From an uncultured Eubacteriales bacterium (lineage in GTDB: Bacteria; Bacillota; Clostridia; Oscillospirales; CAG-272): a stretch of 64,000 nt of DNA. Shown piece by piece: positions 45,995 through 57,534 of the stretch. Made by a program: the position numbers and the translations under genes. Each line of letters opens with the position of its first letter. Position 1 is the first letter of the stretch. The notes under the pieces are model-generated. The model saw nothing but the letters and a program-made list of their open reading frames with translations, did no database searches and was not told where the DNA came from. The stretch is from contig UQXK01000003.1 in the NCBI GenBank assembly GCA_900544985.1, positions 3,670 through 67,669 on the forward strand, written 5' to 3'.

Positions 45995-48900
45995 TTGAGT
46001 AAGAACATTTTTGATTCTATAAAAATAGGTCTTGCATCTCCCGATATGATAAGATCTTGGTCGTACGGCGAGGTTACAAAACCCGAGACGATCAATTACA
46101 GAACGCTCCGTCCGGAACGCGACGGTCTGTTCTGCGAAAAGATATTCGGACCGACAAAGGACTGGGAATGCCTTTGCGGTAAATACAAACGTGTCCGTTA
46201 CAAGGGCAAGGTTTGCGAAAAGTGCGGTGTCGAGGTTACGACAAAAAAGGTCCGCCGCGAAAGAATGGGACATATCGAGCTTGCTGCTCCCGTATCTCAT
46301 ATCTGGTATTTCCGTGCTATTCCTTCGAGAATGGGACTCCTTCTCGATATTTCGCCGAGACTTCTCGAAAAGGTACTCTATTTTGCAAGCTATATAGTTC
46401 TCGATCCCGGCAGCACTCCTCTCGAAAAGAAACAGCTTCTTTCCGAGAAAGAGTACCGCGATTACTATGAAAAATACGAGAACGATTTTACTGTCGGCAT
46501 GGGTGCCGAAGCGATAAAAAAACTTCTTGAAGAGATAGACCTCGAAGCGCTTTCCAAAGAGCTTCATGAGGAACTCGACAAATCCGCAGGACAGAAAAAG
46601 CTCCGTATAATCAAACGACTCGAAGTCGTAGAGGCTTTCCGTAAATCCGGAAACCGTCCCGAATGGATGATACTCGACGTTGTGCCGGTAATTCCTCCGG
46701 ACATACGTCCTATGGTACAGCTCGACGGCGGACGTTTTGCGACATCCGACCTCAACGACCTTTACCGCAGAGTAATAAACAGAAACAACAGACTTAAAAA
46801 ACTCATGGAGCTTTACGCCCCCGAAATAATCATACGCAATGAAAAACGTATGCTTCAAGAGGCAGTAGACGCTCTTATAGATAACGGCAGACGCGGCAAA
46901 TCGGTTACGGGCGGTTCTTCCAACAGACCTCTCAAATCCCTTTCCGAAATGCTCCGCGGTAAACAGGGACGTTTCCGTCAGAACCTTCTCGGAAAACGTG
47001 TCGACTATTCCGGACGTTCCGTTATCGTCGTAGGACCGAGCCTTAAAATTTATCAGTGCGGTCTTCCGAAAGAAATGGCGCTCGAACTTTTCAAGCCGTT
47101 CGTTATGAAACGTCTTGTAGAGACACAGAACGCTTCCAACATCAAAGACGCGAAGAAGAAAGTAGATAAAGCTTCCAACGAAGTTTGGGACGCTCTTGAA
47201 AATGTAATAAAGGATCACCCCGTTCTTCTGAACCGTGCTCCTACGCTTCACCGTCTGTCGATTCAGGCATTCGAGCCTGTTCTGGTAGAGGGAAGAGCGA
47301 TAAAGCTTCACCCGCTCGTTTGTGCGGCGTTCAACGCCGACTTCGACGGCGACCAGATGCCTGTTCATATACCGCTTTCAAGCGAGGCGCAGGCAGAGGC
47401 GAGATTCCTCATGCTTTCCGCAAACAACTTCCTAAAACCCGCCGACGGTAAAGCCGTAACCGTTCCTTCCCAGGATATGGTCCTCGGTTCTTATTACCTT
47501 ACAATCGACAAAGCGGGCGAACCCGGAGAGGGCAAGATATTCAGAGACTTTGACGAAGCCATGATGGCTTATGAAAACGGTCAGCTCGGAATTCATGCAC
47601 CCATAAAAGTCCGCGTTTCGAAAGAAATAAACGGGGAAGTACGCACTAAACTTATCGACGCGACGCTCGGACGTCTCATTTTCAACAAACCGATTCCGCA
47701 GGACCTCGGATTTGTCGACAGAAGCGATCCCGAAAAGATATTCGACCTTGAAGTTGCTTTCCCGACCGCAAAGGGAGAGCTCGGTCAGATAGTCGACCGC
47801 ACGATTAAGATACACGGACCGTCCGTTATGGCAGAGGTTCTCGATGCCATAAAGGCAAACGGTTACAAATATTCCACGAGAGCTTCCATATCCATATCCG
47901 TATCGGACATGGTCGTTCCTCCGAAGAAATACGAAATAGTTGCGGAAGCAAACAACAAAGTAGAGAAGATAACGAAGGATTTCCACCGCGGTCTTCTTTC
48001 CGATGACGAACGTTACAGAAGCGTTATCGCCGTTTGGGATAAAGCTACGAAGGACGTTACCGACGCTCTTCAAAAGGGACTTGACAGATACAATCCTATA
48101 AAGATGATGAGCGATTCCGGCGCCCGTGGTTCTATAAGCCAGATGAAACAGCTTGCCGGTATGCGCGGACTCATGGTTTCCACATCCGGTAAGACCATGG
48201 AGCTTCCTATAAAGAGTAACTTCCGCGAAGGACTTAACGTTCTTGAATACTTCATAGGTGCGCGCGGTTCACGTAAAACACTTTCGGATACGGCTCTTAA
48301 AACGGCTGACTCCGGTTACCTTACAAGACGTCTTGTCGACGTTTCCCAGGAAGTTATCGTTCGCGAGACAGACTGCGGAACAAAAGAAGGCGTTTGGGTA
48401 TACGATCTCAACGACGGAGACGAAACGATCGAAAAACTCGAAGACAGACTTCCGGGAAGAGTTCTCGTCGACACCGTTACCGATCCTTCGAGCGGTGAGG
48501 TTCTTGCGCAGAGCGGAGATATGCTCACTCCGGCGCAGGCAAAGAAGATTGTCGGCGCAGGCGTTACGAGAGTTCATGTCCGTTCTATCCTAAAATGCAA
48601 ATGCCGTCACGGAATATGCGCCAAATGCTACGGCTCCGACCTTGCTACCGGAAAACTTGTTTCCGAGGGCGAGGCTGTCGGCATAGTAGCGGCACAGTCC
48701 ATAGGCGAGCCCGGTACACAGCTTACGATGAGAACGTTCCACTTGGGCGGTATAGCAGGAGCCGATATTACACAGGGTCTTCCCCGTGTTGAGGAAATCT
48801 TCGAAGCACGTCGCCCGAAGAAAACGGCTACACTGTGCGAATATTCCGGTTCTGTCAAGATACAGGACTCCAAGCGTTCCAAGAACGTAATAGTTACGGA

Positions 48901-49567
48901 AGACAACGGCACAGAGCACGTATATCCGATACCTTACGGTGTTAAGATACTCGTTGAGGATAGCTCTTATGTGCTCAAAGGCGATCTTATCACGGAGGGC
49001 AACCTTGCTCCTGCCGATATCGCCAGAGTTCAGGGACTCGAAGCGGCTTACGATTATATCACCCGTGAGGTACAGCGAGTTTACAAGAGCCAGGATATCA
49101 AGATAAACGACAAGCATATAGAGGTTATCGCCCGTCAGATGACGAGAAAAATACGCATCGACGAGAGCGGAGACACGGATCTTCTCTTCGGTTCTATCGT
49201 AGACATCACGGAATTCAACGACGAGAACAAGAAGATAAACGACCGTATAGAAGCGGGAGAAAGAACGCTCCGCCTTGCTACGGGTACACCTATACTTCTC
49301 GGTATCACGAAGACCGCTCTTCAAACAGAGTCGTTCCTCTCTGCAGCTTCCTTCCAGGAGACGACAAAAGTTCTTACGGAAGCGGCTATAAAGGGCAAAG
49401 TAGACCATCTTATCGGACTTAAAGAGAACGTTATAATCGGTAAACTTATCCCTGCCGGAACAGGTCTTAAAAAGTACAACGATATAGAAGTAAAGAAGGT
49501 AGAAGAGCCTGCCGCAACCGACGATATGCCGGCGGAATCGGATAAAACGGAAGCTTCTGCAAGCTGA
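45995..49567 (+). CDS. rpoC: DNA-directed RNA polymerase subunit beta-prime
   Basis: 1190 aa. Contains the zinc motif [20 protein letters not shown] and the catalytic NADFDGDQM. Confidence 0.95.
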   Translation: MSKNIFDSIKIGLASPDMIRSWSYGEVTKPETINYRTLRPERDGLFCEKIFGPTKDWECLCGKYKRVRYKGKVCEKCGVEVTTKKVRRERMGHIELAAPVSHIWYFRAIPSRMGLLLDISPRLLEKVLYFASYIVLDPGSTPLEKKQLLSEKEYRDYYEKYENDFTVGMGAEAIKKLLEEIDLEALSKELHEELDKSAGQKKLRIIKRLEVVEAFRKSGNRPEWMILDVVPVIPPDIRPMVQLDGGRFATSDLNDLYRRVINRNNRLKKLMELYAPEIIIRNEKRMLQEAVDALIDNGRRGKSVTGGSSNRPLKSLSEMLRGKQGRFRQNLLGKRVDYSGRSVIVVGPSLKIYQCGLPKEMALELFKPFVMKRLVETQNASNIKDAKKKVDKASNEVWDALENVIKDHPVLLNRAPTLHRLSIQAFEPVLVEGRAIKLHPLVCAAFNADFDGDQMPVHIPLSSEAQAEARFLMLSANNFLKPADGKAVTVPSQDMVLGSYYLTIDKAGEPGEGKIFRDFDEAMMAYENGQLGIHAPIKVRVSKEINGEVRTKLIDATLGRLIFNKPIPQDLGFVDRSDPEKIFDLEVAFPTAKGELGQIVDRTIKIHGPSVMAEVLDAIKANGYKYSTRASISISVSDMVVPPKKYEIVAEANNKVEKITKDFHRGLLSDDERYRSVIAVWDKATKDVTDALQKGLDRYNPIKMMSDSGARGSISQMKQLAGMRGLMVSTSGKTMELPIKSNFREGLNVLEYFIGARGSRKTLSDTALKTADSGYLTRRLVDVSQEVIVRETDCGTKEGVWVYDLNDGDETIEKLEDRLPGRVLVDTVTDPSSGEVLAQSGDMLTPAQAKKIVGAGVTRVHVRSILKCKCRHGICAKCYGSDLATGKLVSEGEAVGIVAAQSIGEPGTQLTMRTFHLGGIAGADITQGLPRVEEIFEARRPKKTATLCEYSGSVKIQDSKRSKNVIVTEDNGTEHVYPIPYGVKILVEDSSYVLKGDLITEGNLAPADIARVQGLEAAYDYITREVQRVYKSQDIKINDKHIEVIARQMTRKIRIDESGDTDLLFGSIVDITEFNDENKKINDRIEAGERTLRLATGTPILLGITKTALQTESFLSAASFQETTKVLTEAAIKGKVDHLIGLKENVIIGKLIPAGTGLKKYNDIEVKKVEEPAATDDMPAESDKTEASAS

Positions 49568-49600
49568 ATCTGACAGACCTTAAAAATTTGAATAAGAAAG

Positions 49601-49635
49601 CAGCGTCTCGGAAATCCCCGGGACGCTGTTTGCTT
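49601..49635 (+). terminator. intrinsic terminator after rpoC
   Basis: cagcgtc...gacgctg stem followed by tttgctt. Confidence 0.5.
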
Positions 49636-49874
49636 CATTTGTTTTTCATTTTTGTCGCACGAACGGGGATTCGGGTTTGATATCGGTAAAAGTGATATCT
49701 CTTTCAAGTTTTTGGCGATAATCAATACCACTGTTAAAAAATAATTTGCATGTTTTTTGAATATATCTTCTTTAAATTATTATCGTGCTAAAACGACGCT
49801 TGCCGTTTTTTCGTTTTGTCGAAAAAAGATTGTTAAAAAAACGGAAAACTCATCCGTTTTAATCAAAAAACTCG

Positions 49875-49903
49875 TTGACAAACCGGGGTAAGAGTGATAT
49901 TAT
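49875..49903 (+). promoter_or_regulatory. sigma-70 promoter for the L7Ae-rpsL-rpsG-fusA-tuf operon
   Basis: TTGACA, 17 nt, TATTAT. Confidence 0.5.
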
Positions 49904-49983
49904 ATAACATATATGACTATGCGCGGAAGAATAATAATTTCTGCGCGGTCTTCTATCATAACGAAAGGAATCATAATCTGAAT

Positions 49984-50229
49984 ATGTCATCCGACGGCCC
50001 TTTACCGCCTGTGTTAGTGGCGGGACTTTTTCAGTCCAAAAAGCTTATCAAAGGAGGAGCGGCGTCATCGGCTTTCATTGCAAAAGATGCCGACGTAAAG
50101 ATAGTACGCCTTGTCGCCGATCTCTGTGAAACAAACGGAGTACCGTTCGACGATACCAAAACAAAAAAAGAACTCGGAACAATGTGCGGGATAGACGTTG
50201 ACTGCGCTGTCTGCGTAACATTGAAGTAA
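49984..50229 (+). CDS. ribosomal L7Ae/L30e-family protein (YbxF-like)
   Basis: 81 aa from the internal ATG. Contains KKLIKGGAASSAFIAKDADVKIVRLVADLCETNGVPF. It occupies the conserved position between rpoC and rpsL in Firmicutes. Confidence 0.75.
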   Translation: MSSDGPLPPVLVAGLFQSKKLIKGGAASSAFIAKDADVKIVRLVADLCETNGVPFDDTKTKKELGTMCGIDVDCAVCVTLK

Positions 50230-50313
50230 ACTACGGTATTTTCTTTTTTTCGCAGTGCGTTTGCGGAAAAAGATCATATAAACATTTATCTATCAAAAAA
50301 GAGGAGGTGCCAT

Positions 50314-50742
50314 ATGCCAACCTTTAACCAGCTTGTCCGCTCAGGTCGTGAAAAACGTGAGTACAAGTCGAAGTCTCCTGTTCTTCAAAAGAATTTCAAC
50401 ACTCTTACGAAGAGATATACAGAGCTTCCCGCTCCTCAAAGACGCGGTGTTTGCACAAAGGTTACAACGACGACCCCGAAGAAACCGAACTCGGCTCTTC
50501 GTAAAATCGCCAGAGTAAGACTTACAAACGGACTTGAAGCAACGTGCTATATCCCCGGTATCGGACACAATCTTCAAGAGCACTCTGTTGTACTTATCAG
50601 AGGCGGAAGAGTACGTGACCTGCCCGGTGTACGTTACCACATCATACGCGGTACGCTCGATACTCAGGGCGTTGCAAACCGCAACCAGAGCCGTTCGCTT
50701 TACGGTGCTAAACGCGGCAAAAAAGCTGCCGGTAAAAAATAA
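50314..50742 (+). CDS. rpsL: 30S ribosomal protein S12
   Basis: [14 protein letters not shown]...[10 protein letters not shown]... Confidence 0.97.
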   Translation: MPTFNQLVRSGREKREYKSKSPVLQKNFNTLTKRYTELPAPQRRGVCTKVTTTTPKKPNSALRKIARVRLTNGLEATCYIPGIGHNLQEHSVVLIRGGRVRDLPGVRYHIIRGTLDTQGVANRNQSRSLYGAKRGKKAAGKK

Positions 50743-50930
50743 TCTACCGGCTTGAAAAAAGGTAAAACTTAAAAGATGTCTAATCGCGTGCATTGGCTTT
50801 TTGACAGATAAAATGTTTATATCCGAATTTTGTTCGGACAAACACCCCTTTCAAACAAGACAATAAAGCACGACGGGAGGAAACTTTCGAGTACCTATGA
50901 GATTCATTTTATGTGAAGGAGGGAAGTAAA

Positions 50931-51401
50931 GTGCCAAGAAGAGGTCAAATTTCCAAAAGAGATGTATTGCCGGATCCTATGTATAATTCCAAGCTTGTAA
51001 CAAAGCTTATAAACACAGTTATGGAAGACGGCAAGAAGGGCGTTGCTCAGAAGATCGTTTACGAAGCTTTTGACAAAGTTGCCGAAAAAACCGGAAAGAA
51101 CCCGATTGAAGCGTTCCAGGAGGCATTCGATAATATCATGCCCGTATTGGAAGTAAAAGCTCGCCGTGTAGGCGGTGCTACGTATCAGGTTCCGATGGAG
51201 GTTCGCCCTGAAAGAAAACAGACTCTCGGTCTGCGTTGGCTCGTTACGTTTGCAAGAAAACGTGGTGAAAGAACAATGGCAGACAGACTCGCAGCTGAAA
51301 TAACGGACGCACTCGCAAATGTCGGCGGCGCGGTAAAGAAAAAAGAAGAAACACACAAGATGGCAGAAGCAAACAAAGCTTTTGCTCATTACAGATATTG
51401 A
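50931..51401 (+). CDS. rpsG: 30S ribosomal protein S7
   Basis: GTG start follows gaaggaggg. Reads (M)[27 protein letters not shown].... The ORF track begins at 50913. Confidence 0.95.
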   Translation: MPRRGQISKRDVLPDPMYNSKLVTKLINTVMEDGKKGVAQKIVYEAFDKVAEKTGKNPIEAFQEAFDNIMPVLEVKARRVGGATYQVPMEVRPERKQTLGLRWLVTFARKRGERTMADRLAAEITDALANVGGAVKKKEETHKMAEANKAFAHYRY

Positions 51402-51469
51402 TTTTTTGCGGAAATATCCGCAAAAGATCATGTCCAGCAATCTATTGCATATTATAAGGAGCTTTATTT

Positions 51470-53551
51470 ATGCCAAGACAATACCCATTAAGCAAAACTC
51501 GTAATATCGGCATCATGGCTCATATAGATGCGGGAAAAACCACTACAACGGAAAGAATTCTGTTTTACACCGGAAAAAATCATAAAATCGGAGAAACGCA
51601 CGACGGTTCTGCCACAATGGACTGGATGGAGCAGGAACAGGAAAGAGGTATAACAATCACCTCTGCCGCTACTACCTGCTACTGGAAGGGAAATCGTATA
51701 AACATCATCGATACTCCCGGACACGTCGACTTTACTGTCGAGGTTGAACGTTCACTCCGCGTACTTGACGGTTCCGTTACAGTTTTCTGTGCTAAGGGCG
51801 GCGTTGAGCCTCAGTCTGAAACCGTTTGGCGTCAGGCTGACAAATACGGCGTTCCGAGAATGGCTTATGTCAACAAGATGGATATAACAGGTGCTAACTT
51901 CTACCGCGTTGTCCAGATGATGAAAGACAGACTCAAAACAAATCCGTTGGTAATTCAGTTGCCTATCGGCAAGGAAGATACATTCCGCGGAATCATCGAC
52001 CTTGTAAATATGGAAGCCGACATCTACTATGATGAACTTGGTAAAGATATGAGAACCGAATCTATCCCCGAAGAGATGGCTGCGGAAGCAGAAAAGTACC
52101 GTCAGGAACTTGTCGAAACCGTTGCCGAAACAGACGAGGCTCTCTTTGAAAAATACTGCGCAGGCGAAGAAATCTCCGTTGATGAGCTCAAAAAAGCCAT
52201 CAGAGCGGCTACTATCGCCAACAAGGTTGTTCCCGTTACTTGCGGAACATCTTACAAAAACAAAGGCGTTCAGAAACTTCTCGACGCTGTTATCGATTAT
52301 ATGCCCGCTCCCGATGATATTCCTCATATAAAGGGTATCAATCCCGATACGGACGAAGAAGAAGAAAGACCTACCGATGATAACGAGCCGTTTTCCGCTC
52401 TTGCATTCAAGATCATGACGGACCCGTTTGTCGGAAAACTCTGCTTCTTCCGCGTTTATTCAGGTACGATCAAAGCAGGTGAAACTGCTTACAACCCCGA
52501 AAAGAGAACAAGAGAGCGTTTCGGAAGAATACTTCAAATGCATGCTAACGAAAGAACGGATATCGATCAGGTATATTCCGGAGATATCGCCGCTATCGTT
52601 GGTACAAAGAACACTACGACAGGCGATACGCTCTGCGACGAGAATCATCCCATCGTTCTCGAATCGATGGAATTCCCGGAGCCTGTTATAAGAGTCGCTA
52701 TCGAGCCGAAATCCAAAGCCAGCCAGGAAAAGATGGGCATAGCCCTTTCCAAGCTCGCAGAGGAAGACCCGACGTTCAAGACATACACAGACGAAGAAAC
52801 AGGTCAGACGATCATCGCCGGAATGGGCGAGCTTCACCTTGAAATCATAGTCGACAGACTTATGAGAGAATTCAAAGTAGAGGCAAACGTAGGTAAACCT
52901 CAGGTTTCTTACAAAGAGACGATCACAAAGGCCGAATTCGAAGACTGCAAGTATGCACGTCAGTCCGGTGGTAAAGGTCAGTACGGTCACGTTAAGATCA
53001 CCATCGAACCGAACGAAACCGGCAAGGGTTACGAATTTATCAACAAGGTTACCGGCGGTAACATTCCGAAGGAATATATCCCCGCTGTCGACGCAGGTAT
53101 CCAGGGCGCTATGCAGACCGGTGTACTTGCAGGCTACAACGTTGTTGACGTAAAGGTTACTCTTAACGACGGTTCTTACCATGAAGTCGACTCCTCTGAA
53201 ATGGCGTTCAAGATTGCCGGTTCTATGGCATTCAAGAATGCTATGAAGAGAGCGAAACCCGTAATTCTCGAACCTATAATGAAAGTTGTCGTTACGACTC
53301 CCGATGATTATATGGGCGATGTTATGGGCGATATAAACTCCCGTCGCGGACAGATCCAGTCTATGGAGCCTGTTGCCGGTGCTCAGCAGATAACCGCTAT
53401 GGTTCCTCTTGCTAACATGTTCGGTTATGCGACAGAACTTCGTTCCAGAACACAGGGACGCGGTCAGTATACAATGGAACCCAGTCACTTCGATCAGGTT
53501 CCGAAGAGCGTTGCCGACGATATAATCGCCGGAAGAAACGCAAACAGATAA
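51470..53551 (+). CDS. fusA: elongation factor G
   Basis: 693 aa. Contains [20 protein letters not shown] and DTPGHVDF. Confidence 0.97.
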   Translation: MPRQYPLSKTRNIGIMAHIDAGKTTTTERILFYTGKNHKIGETHDGSATMDWMEQEQERGITITSAATTCYWKGNRINIIDTPGHVDFTVEVERSLRVLDGSVTVFCAKGGVEPQSETVWRQADKYGVPRMAYVNKMDITGANFYRVVQMMKDRLKTNPLVIQLPIGKEDTFRGIIDLVNMEADIYYDELGKDMRTESIPEEMAAEAEKYRQELVETVAETDEALFEKYCAGEEISVDELKKAIRAATIANKVVPVTCGTSYKNKGVQKLLDAVIDYMPAPDDIPHIKGINPDTDEEEERPTDDNEPFSALAFKIMTDPFVGKLCFFRVYSGTIKAGETAYNPEKRTRERFGRILQMHANERTDIDQVYSGDIAAIVGTKNTTTGDTLCDENHPIVLESMEFPEPVIRVAIEPKSKASQEKMGIALSKLAEEDPTFKTYTDEETGQTIIAGMGELHLEIIVDRLMREFKVEANVGKPQVSYKETITKAEFEDCKYARQSGGKGQYGHVKITIEPNETGKGYEFINKVTGGNIPKEYIPAVDAGIQGAMQTGVLAGYNVVDVKVTLNDGSYHEVDSSEMAFKIAGSMAFKNAMKRAKPVILEPIMKVVVTTPDDYMGDVMGDINSRRGQIQSMEPVAGAQQITAMVPLANMFGYATELRSRTQGRGQYTMEPSHFDQVPKSVADDIIAGRNANR

Positions 53552-53630
53552 CATCTGTTTTTATAAAAATAAAAATTAAAAAATCGCGGAAAAATTACCC
53601 CTTTTCCGTAAATTTAAGGAGGATTTTTCA

Positions 53631-54836
53631 ATGGCAAAGGCACATTTTGAAAGAACAAAACCCCATGTAAACATTGGTACCATTGGCCACGTTGACCATG
53701 GTAAAACAACTCTTACGGCTGCTATCACAAAATATCTTTCTATCGCAAACGGCAAGAACGAATTCCTTGCTTACGATCAGATAGATAACGCTCCCGAAGA
53801 GAAAGCTCGTGGTATCACAATCAATACCCGTCACGTTGAGTATGAAACAGACGCTCGTCACTATGCACACGTTGACTGCCCCGGACACGCTGACTACGTT
53901 AAAAACATGATCACAGGTGCAGCTCAGATGGACGGCGCTATCCTCGTTGTTGCAGCTTCCGACGGTCCGCTTCAGCAGACACGTGAGCACGTTCTTCTTG
54001 CTCACCAGGTCGGCGTTCCCGCTATCGTTGTATTCCTTAACAAATGCGACATAGTTGATGATGAAGAGCTTCTTGAACTCGTTGAGATGGACGTTCGCGA
54101 CCTTCTCAATCAGTACGACTTCCCCGGAGACGATGTACCGATAATCCGCGGTTCTGCTCGTGTTGCTCTCGAATCCGCAAGCACAGATCCCAGCGCTCCC
54201 GAATATGCTCCTATCAAAGAGCTCATGGACGCTGTTGACTCTTATATCCCCACTCCCGACAGAAAGTCCGATCTTCCTTTCCTTATGCCTGTCGAGGACG
54301 TATTCTCCATCTCCGGCCGTGGTACTGTTGCCACAGGTAGAGTTGAGAGCGGTACAGTTAAAGTAGGCGACGTTGTTGAAATAGTTGGTCTTTCCGACGA
54401 AAAGAAACAGACAACTATCACAGGCGTTGAAATGTTCAAGAAGATTCTTGACAATGCTGAGGCAGGAGACAACGTTGGTCTTCTCCTTCGTGGTATAGAC
54501 AAGAAAGAAATCGAAAGAGGACAGGTTCTCTGCAAACCCGGCACAATCCATCCTCACACGAAATTCAAAGGCCACGTTTACGTTCTTACTGAAAAAGAAG
54601 GCGGACGTAAGAAACCCTTCTTCGCAGGCTACCGTCCTCAGTTCTATTTCAGAACAACAGACGTTACAGGTACAATCGAACTTCCCGAAGGCGTTGAAAT
54701 GGCTCGTCCCGGTGATAACGTTGATATCACAGTTGAGCTCATCACTCCTATCGCTATCGATAAGAACCTCCGTTTCGCTATCCGTGAAGGCGGCAGAACA
54801 GTTGGTTCCGGTGTCGTTTCCGATATCATTGAGTAA
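53631..54836 (+). CDS. tuf: elongation factor Tu
   Basis: 401 aa. Contains [19 protein letters not shown] and DCPGHADY. Confidence 0.97.
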   Translation: MAKAHFERTKPHVNIGTIGHVDHGKTTLTAAITKYLSIANGKNEFLAYDQIDNAPEEKARGITINTRHVEYETDARHYAHVDCPGHADYVKNMITGAAQMDGAILVVAASDGPLQQTREHVLLAHQVGVPAIVVFLNKCDIVDDEELLELVEMDVRDLLNQYDFPGDDVPIIRGSARVALESASTDPSAPEYAPIKELMDAVDSYIPTPDRKSDLPFLMPVEDVFSISGRGTVATGRVESGTVKVGDVVEIVGLSDEKKQTTITGVEMFKKILDNAEAGDNVGLLLRGIDKKEIERGQVLCKPGTIHPHTKFKGHVYVLTEKEGGRKKPFFAGYRPQFYFRTTDVTGTIELPEGVEMARPGDNVDITVELITPIAIDKNLRFAIREGGRTVGSGVVSDIIE

Positions 54837-54873
54837 TCTTTGATTTAAAGACGATATTTGATGTTTATTTTGT

Positions 54874-54897
54874 CGGAGAAGGCTTTTGCCTTCTCCG
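54874..54897 (+). terminator. hairpin after tuf
   Basis: cggagaaggc-tttt-gccttctccg; the T-tail is weak. Confidence 0.5.
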
Positions 54898-54915
54898 ATG
54901 AAAATTTTATACTGT

Positions 54916-55310
54916 AAAAATTACCGAAACGAATTTTATTGTTTTGCCGTGCTTTTAACGGCGAGCAATAATAGGTGCGACGGGAGCGGCGACTTGCCGC
55001 AATTTACAATAATATAAAATTTACCGAAACGAATTTTGTTGTTTTGCTGTGCTTTTAACGGCAAGCAGTAATAGGCGTGACGGGAGCGGCAACTTGCCGC
55101 AATTTACAATAATATAAAAATTACCGAAGCAAATTTTATTGTTTTGCCGTGCTTTTAACGGAGAACGATGATTTGCGCGACGGGAGCGGCAACTTGCCGC
55201 AATTTAAAGTTATATAAAAATTACCGAAACGAATTTTATTGTTTTGCCGTGATTTTGGCGGGGAACGATGATAGGTGCGACGGTGGCGGCGACTCGCCGC
55301 AATCTTTGGG
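54916..55310 (+). repeat. tandem repeat, four units of exactly 100 bp
   Basis: The ttaccgaa(a/g)c landmark recurs at 54921, 55021, 55121 and 55221. The units are roughly 85-90 percent identical by eye, and the 3' end of the last unit is replaced by the 5' end of the FMN riboswitch. Confidence 0.85.
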
Positions 55311-55466
55311 GAATGGTGTAATTCCATATCGGTGGTAAAGCCCACGAAGCAGCCAAAGGCTGCCCGAGCAGGTTTGTTTCCTGCGCCGACGGTTATAGTC
55401 CGGATGAAAAAAGAAAGGATCCTCCTTTTGCGGGGGATATTAAGTCCCCGTGCGGGGATTTTTTAT
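55303..55466 (+). promoter_or_regulatory. FMN riboswitch (RFN element) with terminator
   Basis: tctttggggaatggtgtaattccatatcggtggtaaagcccacgaagc...gcgccgacggttatagtccggatgaaaaaagaaagg matches the conserved RFN core. A hairpin tccccg-tg-cgggga plus a T-run follows. Confidence 0.85.
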
Positions 55467-55479
55467 TTGGTATTTAAAA

Positions 55480-56178
55480 ATGCGTACTTCTTCTAATTCT
55501 TTGAAAATTAAAAAAATCGTAACTATTGCCATATTTTGTGCTTTGGCGTATTTGAGTTTGTTTGTTTTTCGTATTTCGGGAATAGGCGGCTTTCTTACAT
55601 TCGATATAAAAGACACGATAGTCGCGCTTGCCGCGATGATATTCGGACCGATAACAGGAGTCATTATATCGCTTGTCGTAGCTCTTATCGAGATGGTTAC
55701 CGTCAGCGGTACCGGACCATGGGGCTTCCTTATGAATTTTGTTGCGACAGCTGTTTTTTCCGCGGTTGCAAGCCTTGTTTATGCACACTTCCCGAAAATA
55801 AAGAAAACGATTTCAGGCGCAGTTGCAGGACTTCTTTTTGCCGTTGTTTCAATGACCCTTGTAATGATAGTTATGAACCTCTTTGTAACTCCGATATATT
55901 ACGGCATACCGAGGTCCGCCGTTGTGGATATGCTCGTGCCGCTCCTCATACCTTTCAACCTTATAAAGGCGGTCTTGAATGCTTCCGCGGTTCTTGTGCT
56001 TTATAAACCTATAAAAGAAGCGCTTCGCCGTGCAAAGCTTATAGAGGGCTCCTCCGAAAACTATAAATTCGGAAAAACTTCTATCATACTCACTGTCTGC
56101 GGCGTTGTTATAATCGCCGTATGCGTCGTTCTTCTTATAGTTGCATTGAATGGCTCTTTCCAGATAATAAAGAAATAG
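55480..56178 (+). CDS. ribU: ECF-transporter S component for riboflavin (RibU-like)
   Basis: About 232 aa of polytopic membrane protein directly behind the FMN riboswitch. ATG at 55480 (MRTSSNSLKIKKIVTIAIFCALAYL...). Confidence 0.75.
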   Translation: MRTSSNSLKIKKIVTIAIFCALAYLSLFVFRISGIGGFLTFDIKDTIVALAAMIFGPITGVIISLVVALIEMVTVSGTGPWGFLMNFVATAVFSAVASLVYAHFPKIKKTISGAVAGLLFAVVSMTLVMIVMNLFVTPIYYGIPRSAVVDMLVPLLIPFNLIKAVLNASAVLVLYKPIKEALRRAKLIEGSSENYKFGKTSIILTVCGVVIIAVCVVLLIVALNGSFQIIKK

Positions 56179-56343
56179 TGCGAAATGCATACTCACGCTT
56201 GACAGTATATAAGCTTTTTCTTATAAGACAAAAACTGACGTTTGCAATTTTTGATGGAATAAAAAAATAAAACATACATATATTTCATTTACCGTGATTT
56301 TTCAGAAAGCTTTTATTCCTGTTACCGAAAGGATATTTTTATT

Positions 56344-57192
56344 ATGAATGAACAGAAAAAGGCAAAAAACCCCGTAATACTTTTCTTTATACGAATTTTG
56401 CAGGGGGCGCTTATAGGGCTCGGCGCGGTGCTGCCCGGTATTTCCGGCGGCGTGCTTTGCGTTATTTTCGGAATTTACAAGCCGATAATGGAATTTTTAT
56501 CAAGTCCGTTCAAGCGTTTTCGCACCCATGTTCCGAAGCTTATTCCCGTTATAATCGGAGGTGCTGTCGGCTTTTTGGGAATCGCGAAGCTGCTCGCCTT
56601 CTTCCTTGAAAAATATCCGAATCCGTCCGTATGTCTTTTCATCGGTCTGATAGTGGGAATGCTGCCGTCGCTTTTCTCCGAAGCAGGTGAAAAGGGACGC
56701 ACGACAGGTTCTTTTGTCTCCATGATAATAGCGTTTGTCGTAATAATGGCGATTTTGATTTCTCTTAATCTTATGTCTGTTTCGATAACGCCGAATATCT
56801 GGTGGTATCTCTTCTGCGGATTTTGCGTTGCAATGAGCGTCATCGCCCCCGGCATGAGCTTTTCGACGCTTCTTATGCCGCTCGGACTTTATACGCCGTT
56901 TGTCGACGGACTCGGAAATCTCAACATGAAAGTTATTCTTCCGGCAGCTCTCGGCGCGATTGTCACGGTCATTTGCCTTGCAAAGGCAATAGACAAACTT
57001 TTCACGAAGTTCTATTCCTATGCTTTCCATGCCATAATAGGAATCGTTATCGCGGCTACGATAATGATAATCCCGTTTAAGAGCTTTGCCGCTTCCGCAG
57101 GATCGTTTTTTGTAAATATTTTGTGTATAGCGGTGGGAATAATAGCGGCTCTCCTGCTCGATAAATTTAATAAACGCTTTTCAAAGGAATAA
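56344..57192 (+). CDS. DUF368-family membrane protein (family implicated in undecaprenyl-phosphate recycling)
   Basis: 282 aa. The signature GAVLPGISGGVLCVIFGIY appears, with a second APGMSFSTLL half-repeat. Confidence 0.7.
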   Translation: MNEQKKAKNPVILFFIRILQGALIGLGAVLPGISGGVLCVIFGIYKPIMEFLSSPFKRFRTHVPKLIPVIIGGAVGFLGIAKLLAFFLEKYPNPSVCLFIGLIVGMLPSLFSEAGEKGRTTGSFVSMIIAFVVIMAILISLNLMSVSITPNIWWYLFCGFCVAMSVIAPGMSFSTLLMPLGLYTPFVDGLGNLNMKVILPAALGAIVTVICLAKAIDKLFTKFYSYAFHAIIGIVIAATIMIIPFKSFAASAGSFFVNILCIAVGIIAALLLDKFNKRFSKE

Positions 57193-57210
57193 AAATTAAG
57201 ATATGCGGAG

Positions 57211-57245
57211 AAAAAATTCTCCGCATATTTTTTTCTTTTTGTGTA
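57211..57245 (+). terminator. intrinsic terminator
   Basis: atatgcggagaa-aaaa-ttctccgcatat followed by ttttttt. Confidence 0.8.
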
Positions 57246-57365
57246 ATAATTACAATGAATGGAATATGCTTTATTTTTGCTTTATATATTTTGTTAAAAA
57301 ATCAACGGCGTTTTTTGAAAAGCACAAAATATTGTGCCGAATTTAAAAAAACAGCACAATATCTA

Positions 57366-57394
57366 TTGACAAGAAGAGAAAAATGTCTTATACT
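57366..57394 (+). promoter_or_regulatory. sigma-70 promoter of the pfl leader
   Basis: TTGACA, 17 nt, TATACT. Confidence 0.55.
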
Positions 57395-57397
57395 GTA

Positions 57398-57497
57398 TCC
57401 AGTCATATTACTGACGGAAGTGGTGAAACCACAGGGAGTATGACTTGTATTGCCGACCGTCTGGGCAGATAGAAGCTCGGAGGTCGCCTTTTTTTAT
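57398..57497 (+). promoter_or_regulatory. ZTP riboswitch (pfl motif) with terminator-type expression platform
   Basis: The 5' subdomain is gtcat...actgacggaagtggtgaaaccacagggagtatgac. The 3' subdomain is ccgaccgtctgggcag (consensus CCGNCUGGGCA). Then ...ggaggtcgcc plus ttttttt. Confidence 0.75.
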
Positions 57498-57534
57498 CCT
57501 TTAAAAAATTTACTTAAAAAGGAGGGGATATGTT

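Noticed and set aside
54916-55310. Possible CRISPR array, because the repeats are regularly spaced
   Set aside because: Whole 100-bp units repeat head-to-tail with no unique spacers, and no cas genes are in the window. It is reported as a tandem repeat instead.
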